This document shows positions 12,067 to 24,282 of a stretch of 44,048 nt of DNA, in pieces. The DNA lies in the NCBI GenBank assembly GCA_002633005.1, contig NMRA01001169.1, positions 1-44,048 on the forward strand. The letters are read 5' to 3'. The position numbers were made by a program, and so were the translations under genes. Numbering within the stretch: the stretch's first letter is position 1; each line of letters starts with the position of its first letter. Below the pieces are notes generated by a model that saw only the letters and a program-made list of their open reading frames with translations, was not told the origin of the DNA and did not search any database. The DNA comes from Phoronis australis (Eukaryota > Animalia > Phoronida).

Positions 12067-12571
12067 GGTGGGTTGTTTTTGGATTCTGCTAAGGTAGGAA
12101 ATGGCAAGGACCTTTTGGTCAGAGTACAGGGAAGAGATCTGGTAGCACTCGAAGTCAAATAACATCGTCCTTGCTACTAAAGCTTCACAAGACACTGACA
12201 AAAAAGAAATCTAACGATTGTGAAATTTTCACAGATGTATTTCTAGAGTTTTGCTTTGACGTTGTGGAGCAACGAATAATCTCGCATGTGGAAAGTATTT
12301 GACTCTGTTAAAGTCACTCCTCGAGGAAACTTTATCTAAAAGAGGTTGTCATGTATGTGTCCGAACTACAACTGTAGAAATCTGAAATTGAAATTACAGA
12401 GAATTTACCCTATTCTACAATTCCTTAGTCCAAAACGGAATCAGAGTGAATTGTAGTTAAACAAACATTTGTCCTTTTGTAAATGCTGTACTAAAATGCA
12501 CTGAAATGTGCAAGTGCCAAAAATGTGGGAATGTCAAAGTTAGCGATGAAATTGAGTCAGATGATGAGTAA
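12067..12571 (+). pseudogene. Internally deleted Academ-like transposase: N-terminal piece joined to C-terminal CXC domain
   Basis: GRDLVALEVK*HRPCY*SFTR, FLEFCFDVVEQRII and LKLKLQRIYPILQFLSPKRNQSEL, then abruptly CPFVNAVLKCTEMCKCQKCGNV..ESDDE* (12461-12571; Tesmin/TSO1 CXC-like). A 3' terminal region follows, ending near gccccccta at 13200. Confidence 0.7.
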
Positions 12572-13380
12572 CAGTGTAATGGACTTGCAACCCAGCCGGA
12601 GGAACTTTGAAAGACATCTCATCAAGAGACAGAAACCAGGCTAGTAACTGGCCCAGTGAGCCTGGTGATTTGTGATAAAAAAAATCTATTTTCATTTGTA
12701 CATCTCTAGTAATGGCTGTTTATCTGGTTAATTTCTCGGCGTTTTGTACTTCATCCAATTGCATTTGTTGCTATTCTATACTTTTTGTTGCCATTTTTTG
12801 AAAAATTGTATGCTTTGGACTTGTAGCAGTGATTGTTTTTGTATGAAAGATTAGTAAATGTGTAAAACATTATGAATGGTAGTTCCATATTTCACCAAAA
12901 GGTGGCACCTATAAATTCATATTTCTTCCATAATTCTACGTTTCAATTAAAAAATATACCAAAGTTTGTGTTAATCATGAGTTAATACAGCCTGTAGGAA
13001 TATTATCTGCAGTAGCATTCTTTATGGACACTTAATTTTCTTCTTTTCTAACTTTTTAATGCCATGTAAAATTTGCTGAATCGGCACAATTTTAACATCA
13101 CATTTCACTAAAACTTGAGAGTTTAAACGTAAGAACTTTTTTATTCATAAAGTACAATGATTTGCGACATCAAAAACACCTGAATTAAATTGCCCCCCTA
13201 ATGGTCACAGGAGTGGTACGCAATACATTGGCTGCAACATGTGAGTGATAGATGACTCGAACATATGTCGCGCGTGCTGTCCCAGAAACGAGGGCTTAAG
13301 AATTTCTGGCCGACTTATTTTTCCTCTGATCGTGCAAGACAAGTTGTGACGGTCGTTTGGCAAGTAACAGCCAAGAGTTG

Positions 13381-14144
13381 GGTAATTGTTTATAATATGA
13401 CGACATTGACCAACACACATGAATTTGGTATCGTTCGATTCCTCGCAACGTTATCTTTCCAAAAATGTATGAATGTTTCCCCTACTGCGTTTCTTCCGTA
13501 TTTTATCCTCGAATTTCGGGTTTGCCCTATTTCCCGGTTGACACCGCCATGTTAGCTCAACTCAAGAATACAGCGTCACCTGTTGTTAATGAATGAAACA
13601 GCATCATCGATTCTGAATGCTGTTTGCCCGCGTCGTGATTTCCACTAAAGTTTTCCTGATATAATATGGAGGACAATTAGCAGCATTTCACCTTTTCTAA
13701 TTTTTTTATAATTGTTACCATTTTCCACGAAAGTGCCTGAAGTGATACCCTTTTCACCAATTTGAACCTCAAGAACAACCTTCGCTTTTTTCGCGGATTC
13801 TACTGTAAGCTAGCAGATGCGTACCAGGGTCGCCATAGGATCGAATTCGAACCCGTGGGACCGTAACTGGGGCACGGTATAGGCGGGTCTCGGTCAGTTT
13901 GAACTTCTGAAATGTGACGGAAGATTAGTTCAGTTTTTGACCGCCAGGGGACTCCTTCCATTCAACTTGGTGGTATTACTACCGAGTACCGGGAAACAGT
14001 GCGAGAAGTAATTTCACGATAAAATAGTAAGGGAACGGGGTAGGAAATTTTTCTGTGTATTTTTGAAAAGATAACTTTGCAAGGAATTGAACGATGCCAA
14101 AATCATATGTTTAAGTCAATGTCGTCATATTGTAAACAATTACC
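13381..14144. repeat. ~160-bp inverted repeat pair (13381-13539 / 13988-14144), foldback/MITE-like
   Basis: ggtaattgtttataatatgacgacattgac pairs with gtcaatgtcgtcatattgtaaacaattacc. Similarity continues to ctatttcccggt / accgggaaacag. Confidence 0.8.
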
Positions 14145-16031
14145 GAGGTTAATTGTCATCTTCAGGTATGTTTTTGCAATAAAAACGAGACTTACATTCA
14201 CATACACCGTTCATTCACGGCCGTTACGATACATAAAATGGTACCGACCAGTGCCGCGGTGATTTATTGTCAGGGATATTGTTAGTGGATAACCAAGAGA
14301 TTTTACGTGAAAAACAAATATTTTTTTCACCAGAGTTCTGCAAGTTTGCCGTTGTCAGATTTGTTGTATGGCCTTTTACATGGGTGCAAATACTTCGAAA
14401 ATTAGTTCGTCGTCTGTCGTGAGTAAAGCGATAGCAGTCCCTAACCGAGATTTACGCCGCTGTTCGGTTCGAAGGGTGCTTTGCCTCACATGATCGTTTT
14501 GCTCAGTAATTGCGTTAACAGTCGACATTGATGCCTAAAGTCGGCGATGATTCTAATTGCTGACGTTCCTTGAGCAAAATACTTTGTTTTATACTGCCCC
14601 GGCAGCCGATCAGCTGCTCACTACAGGTTGTGGTTAGTGCGGTAATGTGTTGCTCGCAACGATGATGCCAATAGACCAGTCTACTGTGTCTCGTCGAGAG
14701 GATAAAATGGGTTTCTGATGGAGGCACATGATATGGGGGGCATAAAATGAGTAGTAATTAGTTAGTGGTAATGTTTGGAACATATTGAAACAAATATATT
14801 TTGCACAAAAGTACATGTATTTCACATATCTAATAGGCGGTTGGCTCATTTTAGCCCGTCTTTAAGGTGATGTACATGTACACTAGTCGCAATGGGAAAA
14901 AGAGATTTCGCAATGTCGCTGGAAACACTGTAACTTCTTCACAAACGTACTGTAGTTGTAGGTACCACATCAATGTTCTTCGCAAAAAATAACCACCACT
15001 AAATGAAAAATTGGCTTGTTGGTTCCAATTAGACAGCATTTTTGCCATGAAATGGTCATAGAAAAAATACTTTTGAAGCATGGTATGCATTACAATTGCT
15101 GTGCGATAGCAGTTGCACATACATACATGTACTAGACCAGTTACAAAATTAATCATGGGAACCATAAAATGGTCAAATAAACAAAAACCATGGAGTCACT
15201 AGAGCTAACACTTTTCAGTACTGCAACAAAAATTATTTGAAGCGGACATAAGCCCGCCTACTATCACATAAAACAACTTTTGATTTAGACAACATACCTT
15301 CGTGTATTAGGTATTATATTCTGGTAAATTTTGATCAATTTCAAAATTTCGAAAGAACTGGCAATATGCATTTGCTATAGTCAAGGCTCTATAAGATACA
15401 CAGAGCTTGTGATTTTGTGCAATTCCAGAAAGTACTTCCCACCAGCATAAGGAACAAATTGAGAAAAGATTATAGATGAAAATGGTCTAAGTCAAAACTT
15501 TACCTCCTGGATAGAATGTAGGTTTACAACCAGCCTAACTGCAACAGCGGCTCATACTCATTTACAAACAAAAATCTATATTGGTAAGTAAACTGTGGGA
15601 ACATAAACTCAGATCAATTTCACAATTCCAAGGAAAAGAAACAGTACAGTGGTCAAAAATCACAAAACTAACGTCTAAATGTGTTGGACACAATGAGAAA
15701 TCCTACCAGACCAAAAAATCCAGTGGCTAAACAAAAAGGATAGTGTACCCATTACCATGTGGCTGTACCAATATAATCCACTGGCCCAGGATCATGATCG
15801 GTGGCTGGACAAAAAAATCAATACAGGTAAATTTAGATTTGTCCTGTTCACACAGCAGTTCTGGTGCAAACAAAGCTTGCAACAATGCACAAGCCTACTT
15901 CCCTACACAGCTGTGCTGACATAATAATACCACCACTGGATTTAGCAGATCTGCCAGAGTATTTACAGGTCCAGCCACTGCCTGTTTCCTCCCTTTGAAT
16001 TTTTACAATGCTACATCTGTGACAATCTTAC

Positions 16032-17704
16032 AGGAGAATGCCACCCAGTTTAATTAGTCTTTTTTACAGTCTTAATCGGTCTATATACACATCGTATCTG
16101 ATACGATCGACCTCACCTTGCCGAGAGGTGTCGGGTTAACCTGTGAGGAAGGTGAGAAACGATGCAGCGACGTCAGTGGTTCGTCTGCAAAGTGAATGCC
16201 GGTATGTTGCGGTGCATCGTTCCCGCTTGTCCAAACTATGAAGCTGCGAAAAAGCGGGTATATCGTTTTTTCGACTTCCTTGAGAGCCAAAAACGCCGAT
16301 GAAGTGACTCGCCGTAGTAGAATGAAAGGTACGTTGTTTAGAGCAAGTACAAGGCCGTGAAACATCTCCGTGTCTGTGGCCGGCTTTTCGTCGACAACGA
16401 TTTCTCTGACGAATTCCGGCTTACCAAAGAACTATCCATACGTTCCGTTTCCTGTGTAAATTCACGGCGCCTCTCTAGTATTTCTTAATCAGTGTGTTCC
16501 GGTTCGAACTGGTAGCCTGTGAAACCTAACGACCCGTGAAAGCTTCGACGGGTGAGCTCTTGACTAAGTCGCGACTGGCACCGGCGAGTTGCCATGTAGA
16601 CGTTTATTATTTTGCGTTCTGTTTCAAAATGAATTGTTCTCCTCCTAACCAATGCTTATATAAAACTGAAACAAAGTCTGTCTCATTAGGTACAATTTGT
16701 AATGTCTTTGCAGTATTCGTGAGTGTAAATGTCGAGAAGCCAGCAATGGCCACTGCTTTACCGGCTTTTGATGCCGGCAATTAAGGTAACTGACCTGTCA
16801 CCGAGGCCGTGTTTGCTGACAGAAAGCTGTTGTGAAACAATTACTCGATTTTATATGCTATGGTTGCATGTTAGGGGAATCTTTATTTAGAAATACGAAT
16901 ATATTACTCAAATCATTGTTACTGTACAACCTTTGCCCTGACGGTCTGTGGAAGGGGAACCCGACTTCGCGGCCCCCGCAAGTAAGTAGATTTTCAGTTT
17001 CGTGGCTAATTCACATAAATAATTACGTGCACATTATTTCTTTGGCTCACTATTATAGTCTTTTCGTGACTGGAGGTTTAGTGTCCAGCTCAATCTGGTT
17101 TACGTTCGTGCCAGTCCCGGCGGCCGCGACGGGACTGATCGAGTTCCGCGCCACTGGCCGGGATAATAAGTCAGTCCCGCCGCGTCTAGTCTAATCGGGT
17201 TTCGGGTTCCGAACCACTGGCCGGGATAAGCGCTCTGTGTGTTTGGAACTCAAAAAATCATAAGTCGAAACAACACAGATATAGGTTCTCCTGCCTGTAT
17301 TTCACGGAAGAATACTTCAAATTTAGCTCCAAAAAGACGTCAAGCTCCTGCTACGGACATGGTAACTCGGCCTGCCGAACTTTGCAGGCTACGGTGTGTC
17401 CAAATACCAATAAATCCGTAACAGCGAAATTATATATTACGCTTTTAAAAAAACTCGGTTTTACATCGAAGTTTGATGGTTTATTGGTGTTAAACGATGA
17501 ATTCAAGCGATAAACTGACATCAGTAACCCGTGTTTTGAACTGCTGAACAGACTGCGCGTGAAACCAATGACGTCATTGGATAATTTCAACACCTCCGTC
17601 TACTGTCAGGTGTCAGGTAACTCAACCGAGCGTGCCGTTATTCGAGTAGAACTATTGGATCTAAACTGATACAGAATAGGTTGTTTTTTGGGTGGCATTC
17701 TCCT
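16032..17704. mobile_element. Kolobok-type non-autonomous DNA transposon
   Basis: Perfect 16-bp TIR aggagaatgccaccca / tgggtggcattctcct. Right flank TTAA, left flank TTAC (one change). RR..YY termini. Confidence 0.75.
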
Positions 17705-19792
17705 TTAAAACGTAGATTGTCTCTTTCGAATGCATACTCCACTTCCTCTGTCACATCTCCTACATCCAACTCTCCCAGTTTCCCCACAGTTGCTGAGAGA
17801 GGCCTATCTCAACAAATTAATTTGGACCTGTTGTGGTATAAACCAGTAATCTTTGGCAAATACTTTTTCTCCGATTTGTTAATCACATGTCATGGGAGTT
17901 GACTTTTCGGCCTCTCTCTAGCTCCGTCAATTAGTTGTCCAGAACGGTACATTCTTGCTGGTTTTGTACTTTTTCATATCCAACTTTACTAACAATCAGC
18001 ATTTTTCCAACCTCAGCAGAAGCCATTTCTTCAGCATAAGCCTTTCCTGATTCCTAAAATTGTATTGAAAAAGTTTCAACACATTAAATTTAATGTGGCC
18101 ATTTCGGCTCAGAAAATATGAATACCAAGCTAAAGTGAAGGCATCACAAATAAGTCAATCAGATTTGATTATAAAACTTTACGAAACGAATTTCTATGTA
18201 CATTACATGTACCTGACAGTAAGGCAAAGGTGTATAACAGAAGTATGACACATTACATGTAGAAAATATTGAGAGCGGCTTAAATTATAGTAGATGGCAG
18301 CTGAACATTAACTTAACGTCTTTGGTCATTTTTCAGACCTCTGTCGGATTTCCCCTCTTGTGTTTAGTGGATGTACTCAGTGTCTTTAGCGACGTCGAGG
18401 GTTGTAAGGATGATTCGGGCAAGTGAATCTACTACGATGGATAATCTAGCTCCTGCTGCACACCTGCCTCCGAGGCAGCCAGACTACTTCTCAGGAGGAC
18501 ACGTTCCACCTCATTCACGTCCCCTCACTTTTAAAGTTCTCAAATGTCTCGCTATATTCCTTGTATACTACTCAAGAGTTTCCAAAGTTGTTTCTCTCAG
18601 CAATTTGTAAAAACACCACATTTGATGCGACTGGCAGTGTCAGGAAAAATGAATTCGCAAACCTGCACATTAGATCAGCAATCATTCATCTAACGCATAT
18701 TGTATGCTTTAGTTTGGTATTCAATGAGTTGGATGAGCAAATCTAGTATAATTTCATATTCTAATTGGAACTGCTTGTATCTTTATAATTAATTTAAAAC
18801 ATTTAAACGAACCAATCCTTTTAATTGATTTATTATACCACGGCATTTTAATGCGTAAAAACGGCGCAATACTAGTGACTGGTTCAACACGACAAATACA
18901 CATGTGTGCGGTCTGAAAATAGTGAAACTCAGATTCTTATTATCAAGCCTGCCTGAAGGGCTGACAAAGTTTTTTTGTATCAATTTCATGAGCATGGACT
19001 CTGCAAAAACATGCCCATGTTGTTATTTTCATTTTTCTCGTGGGGACAGCTTCGCTAAAAGTGTATAACTTACAGATGGTTTTTAACACTCATGAAAAGT
19101 TCCTCCACGAAAACAGTTCCAGTGTTACCATGGTAACCGATATTTTAGTGTCGATGCCATTTTTGCTTACACTGGTTATGAATCTATCATTTCATATCAA
19201 AATTCTTCAGAAAAGATTCTTTTTTGAAGCAGAAACTGCTGTAGAAAATGTAGTCAAAAATGACTCATTCCGCATTAAGAAATTGCCTCATTTTGCCCCC
19301 CACCCCAGAAGACTTTCCTTTATTTCTTAAACCCCCAAAGTCTGTAGTGTCATAGTTCACCCAATTTCTCTCACCCCTAATGTGATTTATTAGACTGAAC
19401 CTGGTTCTGAATGGCTGATCACCCACCTTGCCTCTTGTTGGCTGTACCGTGGTCGGTGGATCCGTGTAGGCCTACTGATTCTTAATACATCGACGATATT
19501 TCGCGAAGTCTCTTGTGGTCAGGCGTTTTTGTTTGTTTTTTGGGTCTTCGAAACGCAGATCAGGACGGATTAATGGCGAGACAGTTCAGGCACAGTATTT
19601 CCATTGCAAGCAAAGCACCTAATCTCAGAAGCATCGCGCCCCTGAACTGCGTGAGTGGTTGCGTTGAAGTAGGTAATTGCCGGGTTCGGAGAAACTCAAG
19701 GTAAAAGAGACACACAACATGCTTACTTATGGGCTAAACTGACATAATGTAAATTGAATGACGTAGAATGACGAAATAAATAACACAGGATC

Positions 19793-20025
19793 CATGCGCA
19801 CACCAAGGGGGGGGGGGGGCTCAGGGGGCTTGAACGATCCCTCCATTTGGCGAAGTAGGCGAAAAGGTCCGGCTCATACAAACAAAAAGTCTGAAAAAGT
19901 ATAAAAAGAGGCAAAAGTCCACTAAACCACTAAAAGGCAGATGCACAATTCATAGCTCTGAACGTACCCCGTTTTGTTTTAGTAAAATGCCCACATTCTC
20001 CCCATTTTTAGGCTGGGTGCGCGCA
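19793..20025. mobile_element. Small hAT-like MITE
   Basis: catgcgcacacc / ggtgcgcgca imperfect TIRs and a G-run subterminus. Flanks acaggatc / acggatc resemble an 8-bp TSD with a 1-bp loss. Confidence 0.5.
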
Positions 20026-20676
20026 ACGGATCATTAACATAAGTTATGCAACTTATCGTAATTGTCAACCTTCGTGGAGTGATTCCACTTGTCTTTGAAT
20101 AAATAACACGATGACTATTTTGATAAAACTGTCATGTTTTGCTTTGAACAAGAATTTCTAAAAACCTAAACTACAGGCAACGCTATGTTTGAATTGAAAT
20201 ACATTTTCTTAAACAGTAGATATTTTTACATTTCAAGCAACAGAGTTATCGAAATATCATTGTTAAGAATACAGATCTGAGATACGTTTCCCTCAGCCAC
20301 AAGAACGTAAAATAGTCAAACAAATCGTATGTGTACTAAAATTTTTGGTGTGATTTACAAAGGCCCCTGAATCTTATGCTAAACGAGGCCTAATCGCCGA
20401 GAAAAGTGATTCCATGCAATCAGCTTCGAAGCGGAATAGAACGTGTAACCCCTGCGGTTGTAGACCGTCGCTCTGTTGGCGGAAGTATACATGTAGCTTG
20501 CTGGCTAAACGGTAGAGTATTTTAAGTGTATTCATCTGGTCAAGTTGCCGGCATTTCAGCACTAAGTCTGTCAGACAACGGCGAGAATTTGCAATTTGTT
20601 ATAAGAACACGAACGCGCAACAGAATTTGTAGTTTATAAGTGTGCTCTTCAAGAAGACTACTATAACATTCAGCAC

Positions 20677-21989
20677 CTAGAAAGATTATTGTCACGGCGT
20701 GACAATAACCGACTCTGCGCGTGCGTATTACTGGAATTATTATGGAAACTTACTGAAAGCAACCCGTTTACCAATATGAAAAGGAATTCTTTAAAATTGT
20801 AGGAGAAATTACATATTAATTTTTTGATGACCTTTCCACTAATTGACCTCTTCCGGTGCATTGTGAGCCCCGATGAGGGAGTAATTGTTAACTCGATTAA
20901 AAGTGTGGTTAAGGCTATTAATCACAGATGTTTTACTTTAAGCACTTCAGAATACAAGATGAATGACTTGGTCAAATTTTCAGAAGAAAAATGCACCTAA
21001 TGACCCCATGGGTGCACCAAACGACCTGAAAATTTAGAACTCAAACTCAATTGCATTTAATAAACAGATACGTAGTTCTGAAGTCTCTAGCTCAAAATTT
21101 TCGTTTGCACTCATTGACCTTTCACTTATTTTCTCTGATTGGTTAGGCTTATTGCAAAGTAAAGTAGGGTATTCAATTGGCATGTTGACTTACACCAGTG
21201 TGCTTAAATTGAAAAGAATTCCTTGAAATACGTAAGACATATAACATTTTGAACGTTACATGACCTTTGCACTAATTGACCTTATCCGGTGCATTTTAAG
21301 CATCTTTAGGAGAATTATAGCAAAGCCCATGGAAAATGTGTTTAACGCTGAGAATCACAGTTTTCTAACGGTCGACACATTAGAATACTTGCTGATTGAA
21401 AAGGTCAAATTTTCAGAAGAAAAATGCACCTAATGACCCCATGTTTGCATTAAATGACCTGAAACTTTTGATTCCGATTTCATTTACCTGTGGCAATCAG
21501 ACCTGTCAATTTGAAGTGTCTAGCTCAAAATTTTAGTTTGCACCTAATGACCTTTGACCTATTTCACCTGATTGGATGACCCGATTTCTTAGATAAGTAA
21601 TTTTTAAAATTGGCATGTTGACTTATACCTATGCACCGAATTTGAAAAAGATAGCTTTAAAACTAAAGGAGGAGTAGCATTTTGAAAATCAAATGACCTT
21701 TGCACCAAACGACCTTTTCCGGTGCAGTATGGAATATATTTATATAACCAATCAAAATTTATATACTGTCAAAAGTCATAAGCTGAATTTAAAGACAGTA
21801 CCTGCACCCAATTTGGAGTTATTATGCCTCAAAGTTGGTCGGAAGAAGAATAATAAGAAGAATAAGAATAAAATTGAAGAAAACCCAGAAACAACAGTAC
21901 TCTGCGTTTACACGCGCAGAGTAATAAGAATAAAATTGAAGAAAACCCAGGAACAACAGCACTCTGCGCTTACACGCCCAGAGTAATAA
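20677..21989 (-). mobile_element. Non-autonomous Helentron/HINE-like element, copy 1
   Basis: CTAG end, hairpin ttattgtcacggcgtgacaataa, sub-TIRs actctgcgcgtg (20712) / cacgcgcagagt (21911), (AAG/AAT)n microsatellite. Core units start at 20827, 21260 and 21693 (433-bp period). Confidence 0.85.
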
Positions 21990-24282
21990 TCCTAAATGCT
22001 ACATCCCTTTAAGATCCGCATAAATGCATACAATTTTGTATTAACAAAACATTACCAACTCTTACCACGAGAGTATCCATTGCAAAACAACACCGAAACT
22101 ATAAATGTTGTGGTCCTTCAGCGCACCTTGCAAAAAACAAGAAAGATTACACATTGCTCCGCACAAAAAACCCATACCACGGACTGCGAACTCTAGCCAC
22201 ACTTAGGTAAAATTTTACCGCGAACATTGTTTTGTGCAGGTCGCCAATTTGCGCAGCCCTGTCAATTTGCTGGAGGTGAATGGATTTCAGGTACCCGTAC
22301 CATGGTAATATTTCTGTGCGTGGAAAGAGTTTTCAGGGTGTAGGGTAAGGTGCGCAAAAAACAATGTACACCTAGTGAGTACGCTCAGAGTTACCTAGCG
22401 GAAGGAAATGTTCATGTAATATGGAATGAAGTATACATGTATATGTTCACGCAGAGAAAAGGTAATTCGCTGTTTTATGGCACCGAGGTCAGGAAAAATA
22501 AGATATGAAATATTTGGAAGCAGAACATTTACTACTTTGATTTTGTAAATCGACACGAAACTTTGATGTAACGGTTTTGAAAAATAAATTAGTACTGCCA
22601 GTTTGCATGTGCGCCAATAAATGAATGCTTGTTGGTACAGAAACGAGAAAGTAGGCCCCTAATACCAACAACGGAGTCCGTTCAATGAAAAATGAATTCA
22701 TTCACGGATAGTTATACGTTGTCGTGGAAACTAGTTATGGAACATGCCTGCAATATATTAACTCAAATACATAGACGAAATGATATATTACAAAAAGAAT
22801 TGACAATGTGAGACACCGACTGCGTGCAAAATGACTCATTCTAAGCTGATATTTACCTTATGACAGACGTTTTTAATAAATTCCGCAATGGAGGTCACAT
22901 TTTATGAAATACGCATAAAATCACGGGAAACATCTAAACTCTAAACACCTGCTCCGGCTAAAACACTACTGTACACTGTACATGCTGGTATAGGTTGAGC
23001 ATTAATATCTTTCACATTGAGATTTTATTCGTCCATTAAAAATGAATTGTTCTCACTCGTGTTATCACTCAGATTGTTGGTTGAATAACATACATCTATC
23101 AACTACAAACGTAGACCTGTAGGGTATACATCATTAACATTTTACCTGAATGGTGATATTGTAATAATGTACACTAACTGGCATTAAAAGGAAACAAAAC
23201 AAACAAATGGCTGGCATAAACATTACGCAAAGAGCTAAATACGTAACACAATGTACATTAACTGTCTAAAACCAGAAAAATATTAACTTAAACTACAAAT
23301 GCTGGACGATGTATTTTCTCAACATAGAGACAGCTTAAATGTAACGCCTACCCACTTCTTTCATTGACGATTTACGTACTGAATAACGGCAATGCTTACC
23401 TGAGGTTAATAACAACACCTGTTGCGTTGGTGATGTGTCTTCTTCTGGCGAAAGGGTGGGGGTAACGCTTGTTTATATCATTTCACTGAAAATTGAGCGA
23501 CAGGCTGGTTTTTAAGTACGTCACGACTGAAATAAACAAGTAAACAGCGTTCAGTTAAGGAACGACCTGACATTGCTTACATGACTTCGCTGGCAGTATT
23601 ACGTGATTTGCCCATTTACTGGTAAGATAGACTTTCCTGTCAGCTCATTTGACGAATATGAAGTTGTTTTTTTTTCAATTTTGCTGATTTCAGCTTGTTG
23701 ATGTTTTGTAGAGCAAACTTTCGCATGTAATAACTGAAAAATCCAGTCATCTTACTTTTAGGTTTGAAATTCCAAATTTCAAATCTAAAATTGTCATTCC
23801 ATGTTTCCAACAGCAGAAGAAAGTTACTCAGGTGATAGCACCCACAGAGCTTGCTAAAAAATCAACAAGGCTATTGTGTCCGATAAAAACACTCTCTTAC
23901 TGTCTGTGAGACTTTTTTGGCGCTGAAAAGCGTCCAGTCGTTACTATGGTCACGATAATTACTGTAAAACCACAATTTTTGGTCACAATCAGGACGATCG
24001 CAATTGCCACCGTCGCTAATATTTAAGCTGGCTTCGAAGAGTTCAGCTTAAATCATGCGTCCCAAAATGTCAAACAGTGAAAGGGGTGTTATTTCAACAG
24101 TTTTACATGTATCAGCACAATTATGTCTACCGTCAGAGTTTTTTAGAAACAAAGAACAAATATCACGTGACTGGAGTTTTAAATTAATAAAACAATACAT
24201 GTACTGGACCTAACCCGTGCAGAAGACAGTGTGTAGTTTGTAGAATGTATATCTAACAGTGTTCAGAATGTGACAACAGTTC

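Noticed and set aside
16513-17391. Another TAGCCTG..CAGGCTA element
   Set aside because: The ends match for 7 bp, but the 9-bp flanks (tcgaactgg vs cggtgtgtc) do not form a TSD.
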